Shown here in pieces: positions 11,001 to 21,517 of a stretch of 60,606 nucleotides of DNA. The DNA is from a virus (taxonomy: Duplodnaviria > Caudoviricetes). A program made the position numbers and the translations under genes. Each line of letters starts with the position of its first letter. Within the stretch, counting starts at the first letter, position 1. The stretch covers positions 1 to 60,606 of the IMG/VR virus record IMGVR_UViG_3300020473_000031; one strand, written 5' to 3'. The notes beneath the pieces were generated by a model. The model saw only the letters and a program-made list of their open reading frames with translations. It was not told the DNA's origin and did not search any database.

Positions 11001-14000
11001 CTAGTTGTAACGTTAACACCATCAAAGAATGCATAGAATCTTGTACGTGGCTTCATACGATCAACGTTGAATCCTATATTACGAGATCTAATCCAAGGAA
11101 TAGTACTTCTAGAAAGAACTGTATCACCTAATGATCTTCTTTCAATCTTAGGAACAACCCTAGAACGAACACCTTGACGTGCCTGATTATTAACAACACG
11201 ATAAGTACGACGCTCATGTAGATAGAATAGACCTTGACGACGCTGACCGTGACCTGCACGACCTAACTGACGACCAACACCAAATGTACCTGAAGAAGAT
11301 CTTTGTGATGATGAAGACTGTAATGTTTCACCAGTCCAGTTAGTCTGCCAAGAACCCCATTGAATAGGTGCGAAACCGTTCTGATCAACCTGCATATCCT
11401 TAGATACGGATGAGAAGTCTCCTTCGATGTTCTCAACACGAGCTGGAAGACGCTCAATATCAACCCAGTCATCAGATGCTGGAGTAAGATCAATACGTCC
11501 AATGAATGTGAATACGTTGAATGGGTTAATGTTCTCAGTTCTTGAAGCATATGGCTGTGTAATAATAGCCTCATCTTCAAAAGGTAACATAATTACATTA
11601 CCTTCAGTCTTCTGAACATCAACAGAATCTGATTCATTATATACAAGTCCAACGTTAGTTGTGTAATGCTGAGGTCGTAATTGACCTTCTCTAAAATCTA
11701 GAGAACACTTATAATCTGCATTTAAAACATCCCCAATAGTATGATCGGTAAAGTCATCAACAATATATCCATTCTTTAATCTATCAAATCCGTTCTCATC
11801 ATATGTCTTAGTATTATCTGCCTGAGATTCAAGCATTGATAATGATGTATAGTATTCAACGTTAGTTAAACGATTCTCCAAATCACCAATATCTTTCATC
11901 GTATAACGACGAATAACTTCTGCAGTTATAAGACAATCTCTTTCTGGATCAAAGACGTATGGCTTATATTCTATAGTTGCCAACAACATAGAGTTCTCAA
12001 CTCTATCTGGTGGAATAAGAAACTTACCAGAGACACCTTTTTGTACTCTTAATTTACTATCATGTGAAAGATAGAGGTAATCAATTCTTGGTAGATACCA
12101 TGTATAGTCTGCTCTGAATGAAGAATTGACCTGCATAATATCAAATACGGTTGCAGCACCAGAACCACTGACTGTAGAGAATACTCTAGATACAAAGTCA
12201 AAAGTAGTACAGTTAACATAATATGGAGAACCCATACTACCTTGACCATTACGCAATTCTTTTACGCCTGGACGGAAGTCAATTTGATCTCTAATATACT
12301 TAATAGAACCATCAAGTTTATAGTTAGGAATCTCTTTATAAGTTATACCAGTATAAGATTCGTTAGAGAAGTAATCACCTGAAGATTCGTGTGATAGGTA
12401 ATCAAATATAATTAACAGTCTTCTTGATGGTGCAATAGTAGATGGCAATCTAGTAAGTCTAGAAGCATCATAATAATTAGTTCTTTGACCAGCTTCTAAA
12501 GTAAATTGATCTGTAATAACTTTACTACCAAGGAATATTGATCCAGCACTATCATCAACAATACCAGCAAGAGCACCACCAGCAGCATCAAATCCATTTA
12601 TAGTTTCACCTATAATAAATGGTTTTTCATTCAATGCAACAAAGAAAAGTTTTAATGCAGAGTTTTCAAAACTAATAACTCTACCTCTTGCTCCAGATGT
12701 TTTACCTTCTATTAAAGTACCTGCAGCAAAGAATACAGATTCAGTTAATATAACATATGGTGATGATGCATCATTATTATCATATGACTCGTATATTGCA
12801 TGAATATTATATACATCATTAATACCAAATGAGATTGCCTCATCTTGTACTCTAGTACCATATAAAGAACTATATTCTAGACCTGTTGGTTGTGTATCTA
12901 ATTTCTGATTTGTCTTGAATACTTTTAATGCTTGCATCTTAGATGCAGTTTTCAACTTCTTAGTAACAGTGTTCTTAGATACTAAAGCAGTTAATGTAAC
13001 AGTTGCAACTGAACCTAATCCACCAATAGAGATTGACTGGTTATTAGCACCATATGTTGCTGTTAAGTTTCCACCAGAAACCTCGGCATCAACATCTATA
13101 TTCTGACCATTAGCCCATGTTCCACTACCACCATTAGCTACAATAGTAAGAGTAAAGTTCTCTGAAGACATAGCACCAAATGCTTCATTCTCAGGAACTG
13201 TAAATGTAATAGAACCAGTAGTTACCGTTTTAGATGCAAAGTTTCTGTATACAAAGAATGATTCATCAGATATAGATCTCATTGTATCTTCTGGTAAGTC
13301 AAAAGATAATTCTCCATTCTGATAATCTTTCTGGAATACGAAAGGACGCATCCTTACAACATCACTATAATCACCATCACTAATAGCACCTGGATTCATT
13401 GATGATGCTGTTTCAAGTTCTGCTATCTGTGAATCATAATCAAATATTACATCAGCATCAGCAACAGTTGATTTTTTATTAATCTTAGTTACACCAATCG
13501 CTGTTGGATTTACTCTCTCAATACGAAGAGTATTTTTACCTTCAAAGTCAGACACAGTTGTAGTAATAACATCACCTGGTCTCAAATCATTTTCAAATCT
13601 TGTACGGAAACCAGTAATCTCTTGATTAGAAGCTTGGTCAATAGCAACAGTTGTACATTCAATTGGTTGAACATCATTAAGTATCCAATTGCAACCAAAT
13701 CTTACTGCACCACCACCAGTATATCCAAAGGATGCTCTTGTATCAGTTAACTGATAAGTATGTGCTGCTTCTAAAGTACCAACATTAAGACCATCATGCT
13801 CTAGAATTTCACCAACTGTGAATTGACCTGAGACATGTTCCAACATAATATAATGAGTTTGGTTACCAGTATCTGCAACATAACCAGTAGCACCAGATGT
13901 CTTACCTACAATTCTACGTCCAGCAGCAATACCTGGAACTGATGCTACAGCAGAATGGACTGCATTGTTAATATTAACAGCAGTAAACATTTGGGCATCA

Positions 14001-15433
14001 AAAAACCACATATCATATACACCAGCACTAGCTGCAGTACCTGACTGAGAAGCATTTGATGCTGCTGTAGAAGCTGCTTGTAACTGAATACACCTACATC
14101 TACCAATCCTATTACCACCACCAGGTTCATCATTAGTGGAATTTAAAGTCCAAGTATCATATAAATCTAATGTTTGATATCCATCAGTAACACCATCACC
14201 AGAAATTTCTGGCCATCCAAAAACATCATAAACCTTTACAAAGTTACCAAGATTGAAATTGACAATTGAGTTATTACTCATGTCAAAATCTCTAGGCTTA
14301 TCTACATCAACATATTGTGGTGCAATAAATTCTGTGCGATATCCTTTAACATATGCTTTACCTGGAGAAACTTCAATAGCAAGTTTCCCTTCATTAGCTA
14401 AATTACCATCAGCAGAAGTTTCATTCAAAGAATATACACCATTATTAAATCCATCATTAAGATGTTCTCTAACTTTTACATCAAAAGTATCAATTACATA
14501 GTCTCCAGACTCTTCAAAAGTCCTTCGAGCCATAGATCTCTCTAGCTCACTATATGCAGTTCTATTAACAAAATTCTCTACTCTACTCTTATTAATCCTT
14601 AATAGCTCAATAAAATCTTTATCTGCATCATCACTAATTAATCTCTTAACAAATTGTGTTTTAATTCTAAATCTATGACCACCTGGTGCAGAATAGTTTG
14701 AAGTACCAGCAGCATTATCATTCAAACTCTCATCATCTTCTGGAGTTATAATAGATTCTAAAACTTCTAAACCAACCCTATAAGATGGATTGTTACCATA
14801 CTGATCTAATAATAGATATGCAGTAGGAACATTTATAAAATGCCCTCTAATATAATAGACACCTTCACTAATATAAGCAGCAGATCCAACCTCAGTAGCA
14901 TTTACTGGAAGTAACTGTGCAAATGGAGTCCCAATTTCAATAAGAGTTGATCCAAATGTAATCTCTTTATCGGCAATTAACTGCTCATTAATTAGAAAAG
15001 TCTTGGATGCTGTTGATGATGTAGTATCACCAGAATCAATATACTTAACATATAACGTTATATAACCTTTCTCGGATTCAGTAGCAGAAATACTATAAAG
15101 AACTTTTGCCCTAACACCTGTTGTCAAACCTTCAATAATAGATCCATCTAACTGTTCTCTATACGTTTCAACTTCACTACCAAGGAATGACTCTTGAATT
15201 AATATTGCTTGTACATTTAAGTCGTAACCAACCTGTCCTGGAATAACCATTGCACCTTCTTTGAAGGTTGCAGTTCCCATAGACTCAATTTGATTCTGCA
15301 GAATACTCTGCATTGTTGTAAGTTCCCTTGCCTGTATAGGAAATCCAGGTCGGAACAGCACTCGATAAAAATTCTTATCTTTATCAAAGTCGTCGTAATA
15401 CGGTGTTACGTTTAAGTTAGTATTTTGTGCCAT
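8081..15433 (-). CDS. DUF4815 / VrlC-like large virion structural protein (2450 aa)
   Basis: N-terminal NLNVTPYYDDFD...YRVLFRPG-PIQARELT-MQSILQNQIE; LKNGYIVDDF, DPLAQSF and GVLFKSQNASTWTADQYEDLKF motifs; C-terminal DLRAICLA. Confidence 0.88.
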   Translation of the reverse strand: MAQNTNLNVTPYYDDFDKDKNFYRVLFRPGFPIQARELTTMQSILQNQIESMGTATFKEGAMVIPGQVGYDLNVQAILIQESFLGSEVETYREQLDGSIIEGLTTGVRAKVLYSISATESEKGYITLYVKYIDSGDTTSSTASKTFLINEQLIADKEITFGSTLIEIGTPFAQLLPVNATEVGSAAYISEGVYYIRGHFINVPTAYLLLDQYGNNPSYRVGLEVLESIITPEDDESLNDNAAGTSNYSAPGGHRFRIKTQFVKRLISDDADKDFIELLRINKSRVENFVNRTAYSELERSMARRTFEESGDYVIDTFDVKVREHLNDGFNNGVYSLNETSADGNLANEGKLAIEVSPGKAYVKGYRTEFIAPQYVDVDKPRDFDMSNNSIVNFNLGNFVKVYDVFGWPEISGDGVTDGYQTLDLYDTWTLNSTNDEPGGGNRIGRCRCIQLQAASTAASNASQSGTAASAGVYDMWFFDAQMFTAVNINNAVHSAVASVPGIAAGRRIVGKTSGATGYVADTGNQTHYIMLEHVSGQFTVGEILEHDGLNVGTLEAAHTYQLTDTRASFGYTGGGAVRFGCNWILNDVQPIECTTVAIDQASNQEITGFRTRFENDLRPGDVITTTVSDFEGKNTLRIERVNPTAIGVTKINKKSTVADADVIFDYDSQIAELETASSMNPGAISDGDYSDVVRMRPFVFQKDYQNGELSFDLPEDTMRSISDESFFVYRNFASKTVTTGSITFTVPENEAFGAMSSENFTLTIVANGGSGTWANGQNIDVDAEVSGGNLTATYGANNQSISIGGLGSVATVTLTALVSKNTVTKKLKTASKMQALKVFKTNQKLDTQPTGLEYSSLYGTRVQDEAISFGINDVYNIHAIYESYDNNDASSPYVILTESVFFAAGTLIEGKTSGARGRVISFENSALKLFFVALNEKPFIIGETINGFDAAGGALAGIVDDSAGSIFLGSKVITDQFTLEAGQRTNYYDASRLTRLPSTIAPSRRLLIIFDYLSHESSGDYFSNESYTGITYKEIPNYKLDGSIKYIRDQIDFRPGVKELRNGQGSMGSPYYVNCTTFDFVSRVFSTVSGSGAATVFDIMQVNSSFRADYTWYLPRIDYLYLSHDSKLRVQKGVSGKFLIPPDRVENSMLLATIEYKPYVFDPERDCLITAEVIRRYTMKDIGDLENRLTNVEYYTSLSMLESQADNTKTYDENGFDRLKNGYIVDDFTDHTIGDVLNADYKCSLDFREGQLRPQHYTTNVGLVYNESDSVDVQKTEGNVIMLPFEDEAIITQPYASRTENINPFNVFTFIGRIDLTPASDDWVDIERLPARVENIEGDFSSVSKDMQVDQNGFAPIQWGSWQTNWTGETLQSSSSQRSSSGTFGVGRQLGRAGHGQRRQGLFYLHERRTYRVVNNQARQGVRSRVVPKIERRSLGDTVLSRSTIPWIRSRNIGFNVDRMKPRTRFYAFFDGVNVTTSITPKVIEIIKNSTTDARTNETPFVVGETVIGETSRMQVKVAAPDDGYKTNPYGKGTEVLPTSYSSQTIYLNHDITAISETVSPDYFGNMQVGEVLVGQTSGARAVVRDRRLLTDNVGNIQGCFFIPSPKNDANPRWATGTRSFRFTTSEENSKALGAVDSSADTTYSASGTLQTVQENVLAVRNAEIVRDTVSEDRVVTTTRTESRQIGWYDPLAQSFIVEEEGGVFISSVDLFFNTKDTNIPVSMQIRTMENGYPTKTILPFSDITVTPDNIEISETASVKTNFKFKAPVYIKSSTEYCFVLLSDSNEYKIWISRMGDVDVTGTRTISEQPYAGVLFKSQNASTWTADQYEDLKFTIYRANFTKEKGTVVLNNTPQGKGNGGVHRLINNPIQTIKPKQVLSLDPQTTQYTFTDGARVTQTGTNAQATVVSSTTSGSVADTVTVTDITGNWLDGSTYILTSYQAEATITVGSGTGSLTVGETVTGGSSGITGLVKSYVGATLILTNVTGSFTASETISESGGFTGSVANVTYSGDSRGAYLASVPTFAADDKEVLIYHRNHCMHNRTNNVTVEGAVSEIANTALTSALSVGTTTINVEDGSDFHTVVNGAAISASNPGYLKIGDEIIQYAAVASDGKSITVATGGRGANSTTEVAHSSGDIVECYNLDGIPLIDINKTHTSISCPWLDTYMLHITGVATNGIRGGGDLIWASQNTQFETMTPNVSTMDLPETDITTTVNTTSATSIGNGSTSVDQASFVNDGTYVPITLNNMNFFDNPRMICSEVNELAKLSGTKSLTMRIQLSTEKESLSPVVDLDRCSLITTMNRINKWPGGPEAYGQQNNIDTSQDVSVLPFGDQNDAVYITRLARLARESRSIRVDFQMSRPPQAEVRVYYRVFMTGSGDDVDSVGWTLMPAPLQYDDAPSEEILWKDYYYETSGLNFNAFQLKIVMRSSNQARVPLIADLRAICLAT

Positions 15434-15437
15434 TCGG

Positions 15438-16970
15438 TTAGAACTCGATTACGATTTTAATGTCTTCTACTTGGTCGTTTGCACGACTGATTGATCTTCT
15501 ATTATCTATGTATACAACCTGACCACTATTTGACTTAATCTCTGGTTTAGCATATCCAGAGTTAAATTTCATACCAAGATCATATTCAGTATTGTTAATA
15601 GTTCTAGAAGAGGTATTTGGTACAGCAGGGAAGTTAACATCTGGTTGTCCAGCAGCACCCGAAGTTGATCCACTAATAACATTAGATCCATCAAATTCGT
15701 TTTGAGTACCTGTAACTTCAGGGAAAATACCATCAACAGCATTCTGATAATATTTCAAAACTTTAGTTGTAGCATTCCATGAAATAACTCTTGCACGAGA
15801 GGTAACATTTGTACCACCAACAACACGTGTCTGGGTGATGATTTCATCAGGAACGTAATTACCTTGGAATGTTGGTGCAAAAATAACTGCTTTAGTAGCA
15901 GAAACCGTTAAATCAGAAATCAACTCAGTTGTACCAAACTTGAGTGGATTTGTGATTAAACCAATACGACGGTAATCATTGTCAATAGGGAAGTCACCAG
16001 CACCCTCATCATATGAGAGTTTAGCATTAATCATAACTCGGAATGCACCAAGTTCAACAATAGTATCATTTCCATGACCACCTGGAGGAGGAATGATCAC
16101 ATCGACTTGACCACCTTGACCAGTACCAATACCAGTAATATTATCAACAGAAATTTTACCAAAGGTATATCCAGTACCACCAGAAGTAACGGTAGCAGAA
16201 ATGATCTTACCACCATCAACAACAATACTAACCCTACCGCCAGTTCCATCACCATTAATGGCGACGTTATCGTAAGTGCCGTTGTTGTAACCAGCACCAG
16301 CAGCAGTAATAACAATAGTGTCAATTTCACCCTCAACTGCGTTCGTTTTCACTGCGTCATTAGTAAAGACTGGCATATAGTCATTACTAAAAAACTTAAG
16401 AACAGATGCAACTGGAATAGTATACATATACTTCCAACGATAACCATCACCAGTTGTAACAATAGAGGTACTAGTACCAGTAGGTTCAACTGTAGAGGGT
16501 TTTCCGTTAGGATCGCTAGGAGATGTTCCGTTATAGATGCACTTATAAACTTGATACTGAGAATTTACAACATAAAAATCAGAATCATATAGTTTAGTAG
16601 CACCAGAGGCAGCAGTTCTACTAGGAGAATAGTCATGTCTGTACATGTCATAGGTAAAACCTAATCCACCAGTAGTTTGTTCTGGGGAAACCCAGTCAAT
16701 CCTACGAGCAACCTGTACTGTATCAGCAGCAAGAACTCTTTTCAGAGAGATCATATCATCATATGATCCAGAAAATTCTGCAAAAGAATCTACTGCTTGC
16801 GGTGGTGAGTTTTCATTGTCCCAACTTTGTGGTCTTCCAATGAATAAGTATATGCGATCACGAGAAGTTCCAGCAGCATCATCACTTTGAGTCGCATCTG
16901 GACCTTCAAGAGCTTTTATGAATTTCTGTGCCGAAAATATTCTAAATTGATCAGTTAATAGAGCTGCCAT
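15438..16970 (-). CDS. gp8: Baseplate wedge subunit gp8
   Basis: IYLFIGRPQSW, YDMYRHDY, FYVVNSQYQVYKCIYNG, DGYRWKYMYTIP, and C-terminal SGQVVYIDNR...EDIKIVIEF. Confidence 0.92.
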   Translation of the reverse strand: MAALLTDQFRIFSAQKFIKALEGPDATQSDDAAGTSRDRIYLFIGRPQSWDNENSPPQAVDSFAEFSGSYDDMISLKRVLAADTVQVARRIDWVSPEQTTGGLGFTYDMYRHDYSPSRTAASGATKLYDSDFYVVNSQYQVYKCIYNGTSPSDPNGKPSTVEPTGTSTSIVTTGDGYRWKYMYTIPVASVLKFFSNDYMPVFTNDAVKTNAVEGEIDTIVITAAGAGYNNGTYDNVAINGDGTGGRVSIVVDGGKIISATVTSGGTGYTFGKISVDNITGIGTGQGGQVDVIIPPPGGHGNDTIVELGAFRVMINAKLSYDEGAGDFPIDNDYRRIGLITNPLKFGTTELISDLTVSATKAVIFAPTFQGNYVPDEIITQTRVVGGTNVTSRARVISWNATTKVLKYYQNAVDGIFPEVTGTQNEFDGSNVISGSTSGAAGQPDVNFPAVPNTSSRTINNTEYDLGMKFNSGYAKPEIKSNSGQVVYIDNRRSISRANDQVEDIKIVIEF

Positions 16971-16996
16971 TTCCTAGTGACTATTGTCCTCTTGTT

Positions 16997-17003
16997 TATT
17001 TAT
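16997..17003 (-). promoter_or_regulatory. T4-type late promoter (ATAAATA)
   Basis: In the short gap upstream of gp8, followed by a GAGGA Shine-Dalgarno-like sequence. Confidence 0.75.
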
Positions 17004-17008
17004 GTGTA

Positions 17009-20000
17009 TTACGAACGGAGTTGTGCAGAATACTCAATTCTACTGAGTCTATAAGTAGCACCACCGTTACCCATTATATCTTCTCCACCCATAACTACTT
17101 GAGCAGCTGCTCCACTTCCAGTAGAATCACCAACTGCATTAACGAAAGTTACTGTTGGGTGTGTATTATATGTATTGTCAACAGATTGCACAATTCCATA
17201 ACCACCATTGACAATAGTACATGAAGCAACTTGGTCTTGTGCAGATGTTAAATTAACAGTTGCTGTACATTGTATATCACCAACATTCTCAACTGTTACT
17301 GTTGGAACTGCTGTATAGTTAGTACCTGGACTTTGAATTATAAAATCAACCACGGTACTATCATGTGAAAACTCATACAAGTATCCACCTATACCTACAT
17401 TAACATTACCAGTATTAAACGGAGTTATATCCTGAACTATAAGTACAGAATTAACTGGATCCCAAGAAACTACAGTTGCTCTAACACCAGAAACAGATCC
17501 AGTAACAATTTCGTTAACACCAAAATTCAATCCATTAGAAAGATTAGGATCTAAGAATAATTTTATAAGTGCAGTATGTGGAACACCATCAGTTAAAGTA
17601 CCTGCATCACTAACTGTAGCATACTTAAATGGCAAACTACCATCTTTAACCTGATCACCAACTTGGAATAGGGTTGTATTTTGACCACCTTGGGTTTCTT
17701 CAATACCATACAATGAAGTATGGATACCACCATCAAGATTTATTTGATTTTCATAATCAGTTCCTGCATTAACAAGATCTATAATTCCATCTCCAGCACC
17801 ATCTAATTCATCGTTGTCTTCAAATTCTTTATCTATTATTTGAGATATTGGTTCTGTTAAAGCTATAATAAATGCACCTTCAGATGAATCTACATCTAAA
17901 AGAACATGAGGATTAAATCCACCTGGAGCAGATGCTGCAAGACCAGCATCAAATTGAACAATAGCATCTTCAGTTGATGGTATTCCAGCATCAATAAATG
18001 CCAATTCATCAACTTCAAATGTTACTAATAATTCTCTAGTTGTTGGATCCCAGTCATATACCTTTGCAACCTTATTACCTTCATTTTCAATTTTTCTAAT
18101 AACTCTATCATTAACATTAAACTTATAAGTTGAATTACCCTCACCATCAATCTGTCCAGCATCAAGAACAATTCTCTGGTCAAAATTAAAATTAACTCCT
18201 CTAGTTAAACCAGAGAATTTACCTTTAGATTTAGCAGTATATGCAATGGTTTCTTTGTTAAGAATTAATTCACCAGAACCAGGGAAAGCATCAGTAGAAT
18301 CAACATACAATTCAGTATCAGATTTTAATACATCCTTAACAAGACCAGTGAGGAAACCAGCAACAGAATTGTATGCCTGTCTTGCTCTTGACTTACGTTT
18401 TAAGTTAACTAATTTTGTGAATATTACTTTAGGTTGATCAATATATCCGCTACCTGGATCTGTAATTTCAATATCAGTAATAACACCTTGAGCAACTTTT
18501 GCTATAGCTTTAGCACCAATACCTCCACCACCATTAATAAGAATATAAGGAGGTTCTTGATAATATTCACCTTCATCTACAATATTAATATTAGTAACTC
18601 TACCAAGTACATCAATTTCAGCAGCACCTTGAGCACCTTGTCCTCCACCACCTTCAAAGATAAGTGTTGGTGGTGTAGCATAATCTCTTCCACCTTGTAA
18701 TAGTGATAAACCTGTAACTGTCTGTACAGTAGGTGTTCCTGTAGCACCAGTACCCTCTCCACCTAATATTCTTGCAGTTGCTGCACCAAAATAATTATCA
18801 CCTTTTTTGGTCATCTTAACATAACTGACAGTACCATCAGTATTCAATACAACATCTCCTGCTGCACCATCTGGGAATGTATCTGGTTGAGCAGGGACAA
18901 TATCACCCTCAAACAATGGAGTACCATACATTGTTGGTCCAATTGCATAAGGATAAGTTGGAACACCACTACCGTTTTCTGTTAAGAAATAAGCATAAGT
19001 TCCATTAGGATACTCAGGAGTAACAGCAAATTTACCATTATGTTCATCCAAAGTACCAACACTAGTATCCCAAATATAATCTTGAACTAAATCTCCAATT
19101 ACATATCCATCTTGAACTGTTCTTATACCAATACCAGAAGTTGTATAACCAAAGGTATACAAAGCAAGAGGTGCAGTTACAGGTACTTCAAATCTTATCT
19201 CTCTTGCAGTAGCAGTATTAAACCCACTAATATAAGCACTATAAGTTACTTCGGATCCTTCTAACCAATAGGTAATACCTGGTCCTTCAAAAAGATATGT
19301 TGTATCTGGTGGAGTACCAGCATGCCATCCATCATCAGTAGTAGATATTAATAACTGTTCATTATCATTACTAGAATCATTCTGTTGGAATACATATGTT
19401 TTTCCTCTCCATAAACTTAAGAAAGGAACAGTGCTACCATCGATATTAAACTCACCATTAGCAACTGTTACAGCATAAGTTATAGTTTCTGCAGTAACTA
19501 CATCGGGTCTAGCACCAGCTAATTCATCACCTACTCTATATCTAAATCCAGTAACTTCTCTAGCAACGGTATTAGTACTATCATATCCATAAGGTCCGTA
19601 AATAGGATATCCATCAAATGCCATTCCTAATATCTTAGAATGACCATCAGCATGCCGTGAATAATCTATAGTAGAAGGATCAGATTCATTACTCTGATAA
19701 TAGTCTGTAATATAATAATCATTAGGTAAAGGATCATCATCTATTTCTAGATCCAAAGTCATATATCCTTCATGACCTTCATACCCAGACATATATCTGT
19801 GATACTTACAGTAATAATATATTCTACTATTTTCATCACCATTCATTATGAATAAAGGTTTAAACTCATTTTCATAATCTGTAGATGGTGCTTCTGTTAT
19901 TCCTGTACTCTTATAATATAAACTACCACCATTTAACAACCCATCCTGTGTGGTACTAAACTGCATAGGATGTCCATGAGGATGATGATCAGACGGTTGA

Positions 20001-21511
20001 TTAGTTGAATCGGATTGATTCCAAATAATTAAATAATTTCTCTGTACCTTAATATTTTCTGGTGCAAAATAATATTGTCCCTCAACAAAAGGACCAAACT
20101 CTGTAGAATCTGGACCAAACTCAATATAAAAAATACCGTTAGTTAACGTTGTTGGTGGTTCTAATATTTTAAAACTAAACCCAGTAGATCCTAAAACAAC
20201 ATTATTCTCAGCAAACACATCAGACCCACTTATATTTCTAACATAGATGTGGGTTATAGTTCCTAAATTATTTCTTACAATCTTTGCAATTTCTGCTTTA
20301 GCAGTAGTAGCTATAGCATCTATAGTTCTACCTCTCTCAACTACACCTAAAGTTTCATCAACATTACCAACTTCAAACATCAAGTTATCAAATTCTGTTT
20401 TAATGTTCCAAGTAAAAGGTCTAATCTTACCCCAATCAAACACACCATTATGTTCAGCAAACTCAGAAATCAATCTAGATGATTGATAGTAATAAGTATT
20501 ACCATCTACTACTGCATCAGAAGAAGTGTTACTTTTAATATGTGAATGTTTAACTGCATCAATTGAAAATCCAGGAGTAGGATTTCCAGCTTGACCCCAT
20601 TCTGGAGTATGAAGTTGAACTCCATTTGCCATTATACCTAATGACTTATTAAGTTGCTCTTGTCTAGCATCAGGATGAGGAGCATCTTTACCACCCCTAA
20701 AAATATAAGTTTGATCAAATGAACGATCTACTAATGATCCACCACTACTAACTGCACCAAAAGTAGCAGACTTAAAGGTATGAGCACTAGTATTAGTTGC
20801 AGGAGCAACACCCAATACTTGTACGGTAATAGTTGTAGATGTTGTAGAAAGAATTGGTATAGCAACACCTGCTACTGGATCAGTTGCACGAGGATATGTA
20901 TGATCAGTACCATGATCATCTAAAGCACAAGTAAACGTTAATGAATCTGTTGCAATCTTAATACTATCACCTGTAGTATAACTATGACTACCAATGGTCA
21001 TTTCCATTAAACCAGTAGTAGGGTTGTAGTTAATTGCTGAAGGTGTATACTGAGCAAGAGTACCACCAGATCCACCACCAGGAGCTCTTTCTGCTAAAAG
21101 GGGTGTTGGTTTTGGATGATTATCACTTTGTATTCTTAATCTATCACTATTAGAAGTGAATAATCCAGTTGTAGGTGAATTGGGATGTGACTGCCATATC
21201 CTATTAATATCAAAAGATTGTATGACAGTTGGTGTATCTTGTGTTGGTATTATTTGCAATCTAAGAGGATCATATCCAAGACCTCTTTCTAAAACTCTAA
21301 CATGAACTATCCTTCCAGATAACTCATCAATAATTGGATATAGAAGTGCTTCCTGTGTCGGAGTACCACAACCAGTAACAGTTAATCTTGGAGGATTGGT
21401 TATATCATAACCTTCACCACCATCAACTACTTGTATTGCACGAACACCAAATTTTTCATCAAATATGGGTTCAATTACAGCACCGTATCCAGGAACAGTT
21501 CTTGTTGACAT
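17009..21511 (-). CDS. Virion structural protein (1500 aa) with YHYH-type domain, cupredoxin-like domains and GxGY beta repeats
   Basis: HSKILGMAFDGYPIYGPYGY...GTLDEHNGKFAVTPEYPNGTYAYF...YPYAIG (YHYH family); HPMQFS...YYYCKYHRYM; located between gp7 and gp8. Confidence 0.78.
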   Translation of the reverse strand: MSTRTVPGYGAVIEPIFDEKFGVRAIQVVDGGEGYDITNPPRLTVTGCGTPTQEALLYPIIDELSGRIVHVRVLERGLGYDPLRLQIIPTQDTPTVIQSFDINRIWQSHPNSPTTGLFTSNSDRLRIQSDNHPKPTPLLAERAPGGGSGGTLAQYTPSAINYNPTTGLMEMTIGSHSYTTGDSIKIATDSLTFTCALDDHGTDHTYPRATDPVAGVAIPILSTTSTTITVQVLGVAPATNTSAHTFKSATFGAVSSGGSLVDRSFDQTYIFRGGKDAPHPDARQEQLNKSLGIMANGVQLHTPEWGQAGNPTPGFSIDAVKHSHIKSNTSSDAVVDGNTYYYQSSRLISEFAEHNGVFDWGKIRPFTWNIKTEFDNLMFEVGNVDETLGVVERGRTIDAIATTAKAEIAKIVRNNLGTITHIYVRNISGSDVFAENNVVLGSTGFSFKILEPPTTLTNGIFYIEFGPDSTEFGPFVEGQYYFAPENIKVQRNYLIIWNQSDSTNQPSDHHPHGHPMQFSTTQDGLLNGGSLYYKSTGITEAPSTDYENEFKPLFIMNGDENSRIYYYCKYHRYMSGYEGHEGYMTLDLEIDDDPLPNDYYITDYYQSNESDPSTIDYSRHADGHSKILGMAFDGYPIYGPYGYDSTNTVAREVTGFRYRVGDELAGARPDVVTAETITYAVTVANGEFNIDGSTVPFLSLWRGKTYVFQQNDSSNDNEQLLISTTDDGWHAGTPPDTTYLFEGPGITYWLEGSEVTYSAYISGFNTATAREIRFEVPVTAPLALYTFGYTTSGIGIRTVQDGYVIGDLVQDYIWDTSVGTLDEHNGKFAVTPEYPNGTYAYFLTENGSGVPTYPYAIGPTMYGTPLFEGDIVPAQPDTFPDGAAGDVVLNTDGTVSYVKMTKKGDNYFGAATARILGGEGTGATGTPTVQTVTGLSLLQGGRDYATPPTLIFEGGGGQGAQGAAEIDVLGRVTNINIVDEGEYYQEPPYILINGGGGIGAKAIAKVAQGVITDIEITDPGSGYIDQPKVIFTKLVNLKRKSRARQAYNSVAGFLTGLVKDVLKSDTELYVDSTDAFPGSGELILNKETIAYTAKSKGKFSGLTRGVNFNFDQRIVLDAGQIDGEGNSTYKFNVNDRVIRKIENEGNKVAKVYDWDPTTRELLVTFEVDELAFIDAGIPSTEDAIVQFDAGLAASAPGGFNPHVLLDVDSSEGAFIIALTEPISQIIDKEFEDNDELDGAGDGIIDLVNAGTDYENQINLDGGIHTSLYGIEETQGGQNTTLFQVGDQVKDGSLPFKYATVSDAGTLTDGVPHTALIKLFLDPNLSNGLNFGVNEIVTGSVSGVRATVVSWDPVNSVLIVQDITPFNTGNVNVGIGGYLYEFSHDSTVVDFIIQSPGTNYTAVPTVTVENVGDIQCTATVNLTSAQDQVASCTIVNGGYGIVQSVDNTYNTHPTVTFVNAVGDSTGSGAAAQVVMGGEDIMGNGGATYRLSRIEYSAQLRS

Positions 21512-21517
21512 ATCTTA

